DNA of 63,856 nt, the filler included, from Octopus bimaculoides (Eukaryota): NCBI RefSeq assembly GCF_001194135.2. It is 5 parts of 5 records of this genome, joined end to end, with 100 filler letters (N's around TTAATTAATTAA, not from the genome) between each part and the next. Parts side by side here need not be neighbours in the genome. Positions count along the whole stretch, not along the records: positions 36,474 to 52,743 come from NC_068984.1; 4 more parts are not named here. One strand, 5' to 3'. The translations under genes were made by a program, and so were the position numbers. Within the stretch, counting starts at the first letter, position 1. Every line of letters begins with the position of its first letter. A model generated the notes under the pieces. That model was not told where the DNA came from. It worked only from the letters and a program-made list of their open reading frames with translations, and did not search any database. Below, one piece after another: positions 37,659 to 49,800 of the stretch.

Positions 37659-38309
37659 CATATATATATATCACACAGGAAAGGAAGGGATGTAGAGTGA
37701 GAGTCAAATATAAGTTATTGATATTAATTTCTCAGAAACACAATATTTCTTTCGCCATTTTCTCTCGTTTTCTTTTACATTATTTCTGTCCGTCTGATGT
37801 TGTTTTTGTTAATGTTTTCTTTCCGTTTATTTGTTCTAGACTTTCCAGTTGTTTCCGGATTTAGCTCAATGTATTTCATTTATAATTTTCATTCCTTTTT
37901 TTTTTCTTTTTGTTATGTCCTTTTATTACATTTTGCTATATTTTTTTCTTATTATTTTGAATTATTAAAATCAACAATAACATCAGAAGGAAGGGAGAAA
38001 TTTATTTGCAACAATAATAACTTATATCAAAGAAAACCACCACAACAAACATAATAACAGAATTTTCTGCTGCAACTGTTGTTGCTGCTGTTGCTGCTCC
38101 TACTGCCACTATTACTTCAACAATTTCCAGCAGCAGCACCATCGCCGCCATCTTTCTGAGTACGTTCTCCACAACGAATGCAACAAGAACAACAGTCTCA
38201 AGAGCAACATCAGTCAACAATCTACAAAATTATAATAATGATAATAATAATAACAACAACATCAACGACAACAATAATAACAACATCATCAACAACAATA
38301 ATAATAACA

Positions 38310-38654
38310 GGAAGAAAACCCCTTCGGTCATGAATGACCATGGGATTGCACCTACAATGTTATCCTCCGTGGAACAAGTCCGGGCAAGGTTGTTTGTGGA
38401 AGGCCAGCAGTCGCCCGTCCATGCCAGCCTCCCTTCTCCATGCCACTGATGTTATCCAAGGGAAAGGCAAAGGGGCCGATACAGCTTGGTACCAGTGACG
38501 TCGCAACTCATTTCTACAGCTGAGTGAACTGAAGCAACGCGAAATAAAGTGTCTTGCTCAAGAACACAACACACAGCCTTGTCCAGGAAACGAACTCACA
38601 ACCTCACGATCGTAGTAAGCTCGATGCTCTAACCACTGAGCCATACGCCTTCAC
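38310..38654 (-). mobile_element. CORE-type tRNA SINE with a different 3' module
   Basis: Head and CORE segment match 27644-27968 and 54593-54903; tail (38310-38505) is unrelated to the family A tail. Confidence 0.85.

Positions 38655-38724
<70 letters not shown>
38655..38724 (+). repeat. (AAT)n microsatellite
   Basis: About 23 units. Confidence 0.97.
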
Positions 38725-38727
<3 letters not shown>

Positions 38728-38946
38728 AAAGACCTGGAAAGAGAGGTAACTCGAATGTGGAATCTAAAAACAGAAACAATTCCTATCATAGTAGGTGCCT
38801 TAGGTATAATAAAAAAATATTCAGACAAATACATAACAAAAATACCAGGACTTACAAATATATATAACATACAGAAAATTGCACTATTGGGTACTGCACA
38901 CATTCTACGCAAAATACTTTCAATACAGTAACTATAAGAGCACCAN
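38725..38946 (+). mobile_element. 5'-truncated R4/Dong-like 3' end directly after (AAT)n
   Basis: YKDLEREVTRMWNLKTETIPIIVGALGIIKKYSDKY...GTAHILRKILSIQ*; same subfamily as 13280-13490. Confidence 0.93.
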
Positions 38947-39316
38947 NNNNNNNNNNNNNNNNNNNNNNNNNNNNNNNNNNNNNNNNNNNNNNNNNNNNNN
39001 NNNNNNNNNNNNNNNNNAATAACAGTAATAATATCGATAATACTAGGACTGCTATGACTCCTCTGGAGGGAATATGTAAATAAAGAAGAAGAGTTCCATA
39101 AAAGGCATTACTTGAAGAGTTTGGTGATTTGCTATTGTCTGCTTTCGAGTAAAGAATAACTGGTAATTGAGAACTATCCGAGTGTCTCTGAGAATAATAA
39201 CAACAACAACAACAATAATAATAATAATGATAAATAAATAAATAAATAAATAGATAGGTGGATAAATAAATAAATAAAATTTTGTTGGCGAAGTTATTGT
39301 CAGTCGCTCGACTCGT

Positions 39317-39319
39317 TAA

Positions 39320-39375
<56 letters not shown>
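39317..39375. repeat. (AGT)n microsatellite
   Basis: Direct inspection. Confidence 0.95.
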
Positions 39376-39376
<1 letters not shown>

Positions 39377-39830
39377 CCAACATGAAAAAAAAAGCTAGCA
39401 TGTTAAAAAAGGGAAAGGTACGTTGGATATGTAATATAGTCCCAGATATACAAAACCGAGGATATTGGCTCTGCTGTAACGTTTTTGTTTTTGTTTTTTT
39501 TATTATTATAAGTCTTCCGTATTAAGATCGACCTTGACTTAAACATCAATGAAGGTTTTAAGAAAACCAATATCAACAACTGAGATGATATGGAATCCTC
39601 TCTTTGATGTTTTCCTATTTGTCTTTGTGTGATAGCCATGCCTCCCTTAAGTTATACCAATCAGTTTTCGATAGAGACGGTTACATTAGACAGCCTGTGT
39701 ATTGTATACCAGATATTCAAAACACTTGCGATAGTCATGTGGAAAAGTCTTTCATAAAACTTATGGTCAGTGTTTGCCTGGTCTAAACAAAGAAAACGAC
39801 AACAAAGATATTGCATAAGGATTTAACGCA

Positions 39831-40014
39831 GCGGTTTGGCAGAGTCGTTAGTACACCGTGAAAAATGCTTAACGACATTTCGTCTGTCTTTATGTTCTGA
39901 GTTCAAATTCCGCTAAGGTTGTCTTTGCCATTCATTCTTTGAACTCAGAACATAAAGACAGACGAAATGTCGCTCAGCATTTTGACCGGTGTGCTAACGA
40001 CTCTGCCAGACCGC
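39831..40014. mobile_element. Inverted pair of family B SINE heads (77-bp arms, 30-nt loop)
   Basis: 39831-39907 versus reverse complement of 39938-40014: 70 of 77 match, inner 35 bp identical. Confidence 0.92.
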
Positions 40015-40124
40015 CGCGTTGATCATACTGCAATGGTAGCATGAGTAGTATGGTGTTTTGTATCCTGATGTTATGACCTAGCAGCGTAGCAATGGTTGCT
40101 GGATTGCTTTGTTGTGCTTTCATA

Positions 40125-40820
40125 ATCCTTTTTTCTGGAGGCACAAGGCCCCAAATTTGGTGGGAGGAGTGAAGTAAATTAAGTATACAACNNNNNNNNN
40201 NNNNNNNNNNNNNNNNNNNNNNNNNNNNNNNNNNNNNNNNNNNNNNNNNNNNNNNNNNNNNNNNNNNNNNNNNNNNNNNNNNNNNNNNNNNNNNNNNNNN
40301 NNNNNNNNNNNNNNNNNNNNNNNNNNNNNNNNNNNNNNNNNNNNNNNNNNNNNNNNNNNNNNNNNNNNNNNNNNNNNNNNNNNNNNNNNNNNNNNNNNNN
40401 NNNNNNNNNNNNNNNNNNNNNNNNNNNNNNNNNNNNGTACTTAATTTATCGACCTCGAAAGGATAAAAAACAAAGTCGACCTCGGCGGAATTTGAACTCT
40501 AAACGTAAAGAGAGACGAACTAGCGTTAAACATTTCGCCCACGTGCTAAGGATTCTACCAGCTCGCCGCCTGAATATTCTTTTCTTACTCTAGGCACAAG
40601 GCACGAAATTTCTGGGGAGGGAGCCAGTCGATTAGATCGACCCCAGTACGTAATTGGTACTTAATTTATCGACCTCGAAAGGATAAAAGACAAAGTCGAC
40701 CTCGAAAGGATAAAAAACAAAGTCGACCTCGGCGGAATTTGAACTCAGAAGGCAAAGACAGGCGAAATAGCGTTAAGCATTTCGCCCGGCGGGTTCATGA
40801 TTCTACCATTTCGCCACCTT
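40125..40820 (-). mobile_element. Tandem family B SINEs spanning a gap
   Basis: Pieces at 40125-40191, 40437-40572 and 40578-40820; the last has an internal 25-bp duplication. Confidence 0.87.
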
Positions 40821-41041
40821 AGTGTGATGAAGCCATAGTATAATCGGTGTGATTATAGTATAGAGGCAGCATAAGTAGCATGAAGGTTTGGTATCCTACT
40901 GTTATGACCTAGTAGCGTGGCAATGGTTGTTGTGTGGCTTTGTTGTGCTTTAATAATGTGCTTGCGTGTGCGGTAGCCGAACGGTGTGTAGCGTGGGCGG
41001 GAGGTAATGTGGTTTCGTCCATCTTTCATGCTGTAGGAACG

Positions 41042-41245
41042 TGGTGGTGTGTGTATGCGGAGATGGTAGCGGTAAGATGGTGTGCATATGCGGTGGTAGT
41101 GTCGGTGAAGCGGTGTGTTTATGTAGCGGTAGTCATAGTGAGATGGTGTGTGTATGTGATGGCAATATCGGTGAAATATGTGTGTGTATTCGGCGGTAGT
41201 TATGGGGAGTTGGTGTGCGTGCAGCAGGCGGTGGCAGCGTCGGGT
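41042..41245 (+). repeat. Degenerate 33-bp minisatellite, about 6 copies
   Basis: Consensus near GATGGTGTGTGTATGTGGCGGTAGTGTCGGTGA; 11-aa periodicity in ORF 40934-41257. Confidence 0.7.
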
Positions 41246-42070
41246 GGAGTCTTCTGAAGAACTTCTAAAACCAGAATCACCATATCAGAAATTGCAATCA
41301 TATTGAGAGAAGCAAGAAGTGGAATAAACAGACAGACAAGAAAATTTATCAGAATTCCACAAAAGTGACCTTCACCTTGACAAACATTCGTCTTGTGAGT
41401 TGAAGGACCAGACCTGTGTCGAAACTTCCATTGATCTCTCGTTTGTTCCAGAAGGTCAATATCTGAAGCTGGGTCATAGGTCATATCGATTATTGGATTT
41501 AACTGGCTTCCGTTACTTCATTAATACTTGATTATCGAATTTTGAAGTATGAGCAACAAGGAAAAGAGTGAGGGTCGGGGGTGGTTTTGGGATTGAATTG
41601 GTTTGATTAGAGGGAGTGTTAAGGTGGGGGCGGTAATGGTAGTGATGGCGGTGGTGGTGCTAGTGGCAAGGGGTAACGGACAATGGCGGAGAGATAGGGG
41701 CTGTTAGAGATGAAGCAGATTCAATGGGTCAGATTATGAAACATGAAAGTAAGTCATGTGGGACAAGATCTAAGTGTGTACACGCATGGTTGTGGTACAC
41801 TATGTTCGTGTATGTGTTTAAATCTCTGTGTAAATGTATGGAAGCGCGCGTGCCTGCGTGCGTATGTGTGCGTAGGTGCTTGGGATACTAATATGTAAGT
41901 TTAAATGATTGTATGTATGGAAGGGCAACCGCTGCTACGTATAAATAGGAACATTATGGGTTTATTTTGTTATTTGAAATATTTTTTTAGTTATTCGTAA
42001 AACTGTGTGTTTCTGAGCACATATACCACAGATGCACGTGCGTAAGTCGCGACATGTCTATTGGTGTGTA

Positions 42071-42139
<69 letters not shown>

Positions 42140-42276
42140 NNNNNNNNNNNNNNNNNNNNNNNNNNNNNNNNNNNNNNNNNNNNNNNNNNNNNNNNNNNNN
42201 NNNNNNNNNNNNNNNNNNNNNNNNNNNNNNNNNNNNNNNNNNNNNNNNNATATGTATCTATATATATGTACATATA

Positions 42277-42315
<39 letters not shown>

Positions 42316-42389
42316 ATACATATATATATATATGTATCTATATATATGTATATATATCTGTGTGTGTATGTGTGTGTATGTGTGTGTAT

Positions 42390-42432
<43 letters not shown>

Positions 42433-42435
<3 letters not shown>

Positions 42436-43105
42436 CCATTACTTTCACTTTGCAGATGATTGCCGTCCCCCCATGTATCCCCATCAACCATCATCAGCTC
42501 CAAACGTCCGTCCATGACTCCTTTGGTGGTTTTCTAAGTCAAGCATTAGATTTGCACGGTCTGCAGCAAACGTGGCAGACAAAAGATGTGCCCCATATTG
42601 GATTGACTGGATCAGCTTGTGGAATGTCATCCTTACGTAGCCTCATATACCTTTTAAGACCAGGCATTGATTTACAGATCTTTTTGCACACCACACACGT
42701 TGTCTCACCTAGCACTGAAGAAATAGAGCTGCAAACAGTTGGCTTTTTATCTGATTTTAAATGAGTGATGTACCCAGATTTAGAGAGCATTAAACGAGCA
42801 CACACGTCACAAATCCGGCTCACTGTGTTCTTATTGATGTTCCTAATACGGGCTTTTCGAAGCAGGCGTTTAAATTTTTCACAATCAAGACGTCTCTCTT
42901 TAAACATTCTGCAGCCTTCCTTCATGCATCTTCTCCATTTAGCCCTCTTTAAATCAAGCACTTCCCAGTTCTGATCTTCAGGCTGAAAATCTTTAAGGTT
43001 GATTTTTAATGCAAACTTTATATCTTCGTCTTGGTCTGTGCTAGGGGCATTTCCTAGTGTGCAATTAACTGTAAAGCAGTTGTTTTGGGAGTCTTTCCTC
43101 ATTCA
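42433..43105 (-). mobile_element. RTE-clade LINE 3' end with three degenerate C2H2-type fingers
   Basis: ERLPKQLLYS*LHTRKCP*HRPRRRYK (RTE signature), WEVLDLKRAKWRRCMKEG, fingers CDVC, CVVC and CHVC...HQRSH; abuts (GT)n. Confidence 0.85.
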
Positions 43106-43754
43106 AATGCACAACATATAGATACATACATACATGCATACATACATTTGCTTTTAAGCATTTGTACTTACAAGCGGAAGAGAAAGCATTAGACAGAAGA
43201 GAAAGCAGAAACTAGAGTTGGTATATTTTTTATAAAATTATGCTCTGACTGAGGAACGTTTGGACTCCAGTTACTAATATACAAATATGTATGAGATAAT
43301 AACATATTAGACTTAAATATTTATGTTGTTAAATAACATTGTAAGTAAAGAAAATGTAAATGTCTCCTCCATTGGCAAGTTTTTATGCTTATATTCAACA
43401 GGGATTGTACGATAGTCTACTTTTTAATATAAACTTTTGGTTTGATACCAGTCCCGATTATTAAGTAAAACTAATTTCATAGAATGAATTGTGTGTTTAG
43501 ATCACTCTAAATAAACAGATGAAATTGAAAATAAATACATGAGAATTTTGTTACTCATTGTCGGTATTTGACCAATCAAATCTTCAGTTAAGCTATTGAA
43601 TAAGTATGAAAGTAGATTAGAAACTAACTTGAGACAGTCTCATTGTAACTTGAAGTGAGGAAATTATTAGTCTTGGGTTGACCAAATCTTGGGAATGGTA
43701 CTTGTAAGTCAGAAATTGTATTGTGCCCCACCGGACAGTCGTAGTTGGTTCAAT

Positions 43755-43984
43755 CAGTCCTTCAATACTGATGCAGAATTGAGAGCTTGGTTGGATCAAG
43801 TTTTCGGGTGGAAATCGGTTGATTTCTACCAACGAGGTATTGAAAATCTTATTGACCGTTGGTAAGAAGTTGTAAACAACAAGGCTAAATGCATTATTGA
43901 TTATTTAGTTGTTATGCTTTATTAAACCATTAAAAAAAATTTTAATTAAAAAAAAACTGCCGGAACTTAGTTGCCAACCTAATA
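43755..43984 (+). mobile_element. mariner 3' end (transposase C-terminus plus right TIR)
   Basis: FNTDAELRAWLDQVF..KSVDFYQRGIENLIDRW*EVVNN; TIR CGGAACTTAGTTGCCAACCTAATA. Confidence 0.88.
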
Positions 43985-44811
43985 TATTCTAGCGAGAAGT
44001 AGCAGCCAAATCTCTCTCATAGCAGACTTCATCATTTATATACAAAGAAAGTAACGCTGCATAATGAAGCTTTAAAAGTACCATCGGAGTAAAGAAGAGA
44101 TTGTCAATTGACATAACCGTTATCTCAACTCTGCTGCATTAGGGCCGACCACCACCACCATCAACAACAGCAACAACGACAACAACAACAACAACAACAG
44201 TAAGACAGCAATAACAACAGCAGCATTACAGATAAATGTTCAATGGCATCTCTATGTTTACATTTAGATTATAGTTTCGGGTTTATGATCGATTTAGACT
44301 TTCGGTCGAAAAGTGGTAGACAGTGAGTCATTCATAATTACACGAAAAGGAATGTATTGCATATGTAATTAATAAATTGAAGAAAAAAAATGAGACAAAA
44401 AATAATAAACAATCGGAGAATCAAATCAAATCAAATCAAAGCGTAGCAATGCAGGACGAACTTACACAACACAAAATAACATACGAACGGCGACGTCCTA
44501 TGCATCTAGGATTAGTGAGCTAGAACAAATTGAGGCGAAGGGTTAAGTAAATTATAACACAATAACATTCATACACACCTTTTTAATTATCGTTTTAATT
44601 TCTTGTTTCTTGTTAGTTTTTCACGATTCATGTTCTTTATTGAAATTCTTATTTCGATGTTTTAAGCAATGCAGCACTTAATTTATACACGCGCACAAGC
44701 GCGATATCTAAGACGCGCGCACACACACAAAGACAAACGCAGGCGCGCATGCACACATGCACACATGCATGTACATATATATATGTATGTATGTGTGTAT
44801 ATATATATATG

Positions 44812-44858
<47 letters not shown>

Positions 44859-45469
44859 NNNNNNNNNNNNNNNNNNNNNNNNNNNNNNNNNNNNNNNNNN
44901 NNNNNNNNNNNNNNNNNNNNNNNNNNNNNNNNNNNNNNNNNNNNNNNNNNNNNNNNNNNNNNNNNNNNNNNNNNNNNNNNNNNNNNNNNNNNNNNNNNNN
45001 NNNNNNNNNNNNNNNNNNNNNNNNNNNNNNNNNNNNNNNNNNNNNNNNNNNNNNNNNNNNNNNNNNNNNNNNNNNNNNNNNNNNNNNNNNNNNNNNNCCT
45101 TAGTATTGTGTATGCATATATGTATGTATGTATATATGGCGTCTTGTTTGTGTTTATTTGACGGTTCCTTTTTATTCGATTTTCAATTTTCTTTTGTCGA
45201 AGCTTCACAATCGTGTATCCATTAAACCATTGTACGAACACAAATTAAATTATAGAAGATACACCTCATTCTTGACTTCTTCTTTTCTTCTCACCTTTCA
45301 GTCATTCATTCTTTGTTTTCTTCTTTAATTCCTTCTTTAAGTCTTTTTTTTCTTTTTATGTCTATCATAGTTCTTACACTTTATTACATTCCCTTGACTG
45401 GCGACGTTCTTCATCTTTCTTCCCCATTCAATACTGCACTCATTCATTCATTCATTTATTCATTCATGC

Positions 45470-45671
45470 ATCCTTCTTCTTTTTCTTCTTCTTCTTCTTC
45501 TTCTTCTTCTTCTTCTTCTTCTTCTTCTTCTTCTTCTTCTTCTCCTTCTTCTTCTTCTTCTTCTTTTTCTTCTTCTTCTTCTTCTTCTTCTTCTTCTTCT
45601 TCTTCTTCTTCTTCTTCTTCTGCCTTCTTTTTTTTTCTTCTTCTTCTTCTTCTACTACCACCACCACCACC

Positions 45672-45707
<36 letters not shown>

Positions 45708-45750
45708 TTTCCATCATCGTCGTCGTCATCATCATCATCATCATCATCGC
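45470..45750. repeat. Compound microsatellite (TCT)n-(CCA)n-(CTA)n-(TCA)n
   Basis: Direct inspection. Confidence 0.95.
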
Positions 45751-47324
45751 GTTCATGCCAATACGTGCAATGTATCTGTGTGTGTGTGTGTGTGTGTTCT
45801 TCCTGTATATAGAGACATACAAACATACACATACACACAGACATACATCTACGTATGTGTATGTGTGCGGCTGTATGTATGTATGTATGTATGTATGCAT
45901 GTATGTATGTGAGTGTGTGTGTGTGTGTATTTTTGCACTCACATATGCATGCATATATATACTTATGTAAAGACTTGTATCTATTCTGCTGATTCTCATT
46001 ATTCTATTTATATTTGTATATTTTTTGTAAATTTTTCTTAACTTCTCCATCATTCTCTTATATTTTTCATTCATCCATTCATTACATCATCGTCATCTTT
46101 ATCACCATCTTCTTCCTCTTCCTTCTCCCGCACCATCTCACGCTTCTCCTTGTCACCATCGTCCTATCGTTGATTTCCTTCTCAGGATTGTTGTTTCTGT
46201 TATTTTTTTTATTATTTTAGTTACAGTTTTCTTTTAATTTTATTGACTTTTTTGTTTTTCTCTCTCAATTTATATATCCAACTATTTACATTTAAATCAA
46301 TTATATTGTGCTGAGGAAACTAAAAATGAAAAAAATAATAAACATTAGACACAAAAAATAGACATTCAGAATCATATATACATACATATATATATATATA
46401 NNNNNNNNNNNNNNNNNNNNNNNNNNNNNNNNNNNNNNNNNNNNNNNNNNNNNNNNNNNNNNNNNNNNNNNNNNNNNNNNNNNNNNNNNNNNNNNNNNNN
46501 NNNNNNNNNNNNNNNNNNNNNNNNNNNNNNNNNNNNNNNNNNNNNNNNNNNNNNNNNNNNNNNNNNNNNNNNNNNNNNNNNNNNNNNNNNNNNNNNNNNN
46601 NNNNNNNNNNNNNNNNNNNNNNNNNNNNNNNNNNNNNNNNNNNNNNNNNNNNNNNNNNNNNNNNNNNNNNNNNNNNNNNNNNNNNNNNNNNNNNNNNNNN
46701 NNNNNNNNNNNNNNNNNNNNNNNNNNNNNNNNNNNNNNNNNNNNNNNNNNNNNNNNNNNNNNNNNNNNNNNNNNNNNNNNNNNNNNNNNNNNNNNNNNNN
46801 NNNNNNNNNNNNNNNNNNNNNNNNNNNNNNNNNNNNNNNNNNNNNNNNNNNNNNNNNNNNNNNNNNNNNNNNNNNNNNNNNNNNNNNNNNNNNNNNNNNN
46901 NNNNNNNNNNNNNNNNNNNNNNNNNNNNNNNNNNNNNNNNNNNNNNTCTATAATGATAAATGTAAAATTTTCAAGAATTTCCAAGGCTAGGTTTACCGTT
47001 TTTGACATCTTGAAAACAATTAAGCACTTAAGATATTTGCCGGTTTTCTTCTTAGACTAACGCATTCGAATGGATTGTTGACACTCTATAAACACACCCT
47101 CGCATATAAATACTCAGACAACGTTGATGATTCGCAATAGTTAATGTAGCTATCGTCATTGTTGTTGTTGTGGTTAATGTAGCAGTTGTTGATGTTGTTG
47201 TTGTTGTTGTCTTTCTTTTCCTTGCCGTGCATGTAGTTATCGTAGTTGTTGCTGATAATTTTATTATTATGTTGTTGGTGATGTTAATGTTGTGGTTATT
47301 ATTATTGATAAAACATTGAAGGCG

Positions 47325-47762
47325 TTGACTTGGCTGAATCGTTAGCACGACAGGCGATATGCTTAGCGGTGTTTCGGCCGTTCTGAGTTCAAATTCCCAC
47401 GAGGTCGACTTTGCCTTTTATCCTTTCTGGATCGATAAATTAAGTATCACTTGAGTCCTGGGGTCGATCTAATCGACTGGTCCCCTCCCTAAAAATTTCA
47501 ATCCTTGTTCTCTTAGTAGAAAGGAATATTTTTATTATTGTTAAGGCGGTGGACAGGCAAAATCGTTAGCATGCCGGACCAAATGCTAAGCAGCATTTCG
47601 TCCGTCATCACGTTCTGAGCTCAAATTCCACCGACGTCGACTTTGCCTTTGATCCTTTCGATGTCGATCAAAATAAGTACCAGTTAATTACTGATGTCGA
47701 TGTCATAGACTTACCTCCCCCACTCCAAATGTCAGACCCTGTACTTATTGTAGAAAAGATTG
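47325..47762 (+). mobile_element. Two head-to-tail family B SINEs
   Basis: Copies at about 47325-47530 and 47542-47762. Confidence 0.9.
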
Positions 47763-47779
47763 TTATTGTTAATGTAATG

Positions 47780-47850
47780 AAGGTGGTTTCGAAACCACCA
47801 TCACACGACCGTGAGCACCTTACCCCTAACTACTGGACCACGTGCTTCAC
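47780..47850 (-). mobile_element. CORE-type SINE tRNA-like head only
   Basis: Minus GTGAAGCACGTGGTCCAGTAGTTAGGG...; contains the 18-bp palindrome GGTGGTTTCGAAACCACC (47782-47799). Confidence 0.6.
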
Positions 47851-48129
47851 TAACACACACACACGCATTCACATACGCAAACACACATATATGTATATGC
47901 ATACAGAGATAGAGAGAGAAGGAGAGAGAGGGATGGATGGAGTAAAGAATACCTTATATATATATATATATATAATTATACGGGTGTAATACGGGTATAA
48001 TACTCTCTCTTTACCTGGGTTTATGTATTTACAAGTTGTTAATGTAACAAATTTGAACTGGAAACAGGAAACGCAACATAATTTGATAAATCTATCACAG
48101 AATAGAGGATTGCACAAAAATCAAAAAGA

Positions 48130-49100
48130 TTAATTACGAAAGCTTTATTAATTGCAAAATATAATTAAAATTCCAACGCCACACACATCGTTGGGTTGCT
48201 TGTTAGTTTGTATTCCGCTCTTGACAAATGGAATGTGAATGTAATCATGAGCTAACAGCTCAACGATTTGAAATCCAGGAACGAGAGTGATTATATTTGT
48301 TGGTTTGTGAAAATAACTATGAAGGTGCTCGAATCTAGGGTTACGCACTTGAGTTACAAATTATTTTTTAAGCAGTGCGAAGGTCAATGAGACAACACTT
48401 GACAAAATGACTGAAAATCCGGAGGGATCATCAGAGATATCTCACAATATTCTGTGACAGTATTTCGTAGAGTTCGCTCCAGGTGATGTAAGCCTTTTAG
48501 ACATTTTTCACTCAGCGGAGGATGATTTGTGTCACTCTAGATCAATATGGTCAACAATATCATGTTGTATATAATCTGAAAAGTGGCCGCCGATGAGCCA
48601 AGAAATGGCATTTGACCAAAACCAATCATTTCATAAGTGATTTGGATGAAAAAACAAGCAGAACAATTTGTCGTAGTTATAAATATCATTTTAAAGTTCT
48701 CATTATAAAATCACAAGATTGATTTTGCGTCTCAGTCGTCTGAAAATCAATACAATATGTCACAAATAGTGGCGCTGATAGTATAACGTATACCTCTGCT
48801 CGGTTATTTTGGATGTGGGCCCAAAGCTTGTAATCTTTATAATAATGGTTTTTAATAATATTGAAATCATTGTAATAACCATCATTGTTCAAAATTTGTA
48901 TTTTGCGTAAAGATTTCTCCTCTTGTCACAAGGCTAAATATTTATTAAAAAAAAACCTGAAAATATTGAATTTATTTAGCCCTTATATATTTTTGCATTA
49001 AGTGATATTGACCATAAATAGAAGAAATCACAAGGTCGGGATTTGAAACCAGAAAGTGTGAACAGAAAGATCTACACGTTATATTATAATATCTGTTTTT
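48130..49100 (+). mobile_element. Highly degraded Helitron PIF1-type helicase remnant
   Basis: In order: GGIIRDISQ..V.RR (GGDFRQ-like), SL*INM (L..NMR), GPKLVIFIIMVFNNIEIIVIT (NGTRL..NVIEA), LTIN..KSQG (TINKSQG). Confidence 0.5.
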
Positions 49101-49429
49101 GTTTGGATTATAGCTTAAATAAAAAGACTGTCCAATCTTTACAGTTGAAGAAATAGAGGCGTTAAAAGCACTCATGAAGAGATAATTGATGTGGTGTATC
49201 AGTAAATAGATTTTGTCAGTTACTGTAGAAAAGGAAGGAAGATTGTGCTCAACTGAGGTTTAAATTCTCAATATAAGATTTATGAATATATATTAGATAA
49301 TGTTTTGATTGTTTTAGAAGTCCGTGTAGTTTTAAACAGATGTTGATATCTTCTTGGCCCTCCAACATTTGATCCGTTTGGTTATTAAGAATGTGACAGC
49401 TGAAGGGCGGGCTGCACAAGCATTCGGCT

Positions 49430-49580
49430 GGAATTCATTTCAGCAATATCGGCTGAAGCAACATGAAATAAAGTGTCTTGCTCAAGGACACAACACACCA
49501 TCCATTACATTCAAAGAATAGAACTCATGCCATTATGTCTGTGAGTTCAATCCCCCGACCACCACGCATATTCTGCTTCC
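49430..49580 (-). mobile_element. Diverged CORE-type SINE fragment
   Basis: GCAACATGAAATAAAGTGTCTTGCTCAAGGACACAAC. Confidence 0.75.
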
Positions 49581-49624
49581 CGTTAATCCACAATTTTCAG
49601 CTTTAGATAATATTGATCTCTAAC

Positions 49625-49800
49625 ACAGACACGGGCCTTGAGTTTCGGAGGAGAGTCAAGGATATTGTTATGGTCGATATATCGATATATTTGACTGGAG
49701 TACTTTACAAGTGCGTTTCATTTTGTCATATCCGGAAAGAGGAATGATGAGTCGACCTCGACTAAATTACAAGTGTTATCTGCCCTCCACACCCGCAAAA
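49625..49800 (-). mobile_element. Highly diverged family B SINE
   Basis: ACGGGCCTTGAGTTTCGG...GTCGATAT...GAGTCGACCTCG. Confidence 0.5.

Noticed and set aside
38420-38470. CCAGCCTCCC similar to the HDV ribozyme P3/L3
   Set aside because: P3 3' strand and P1 pairing cannot be formed.
41230-41520. Protein-like frames on both strands (ORF 41200-41484)
   Set aside because: No recognisable homology, in-frame stops on plus, no convincing splice pair.
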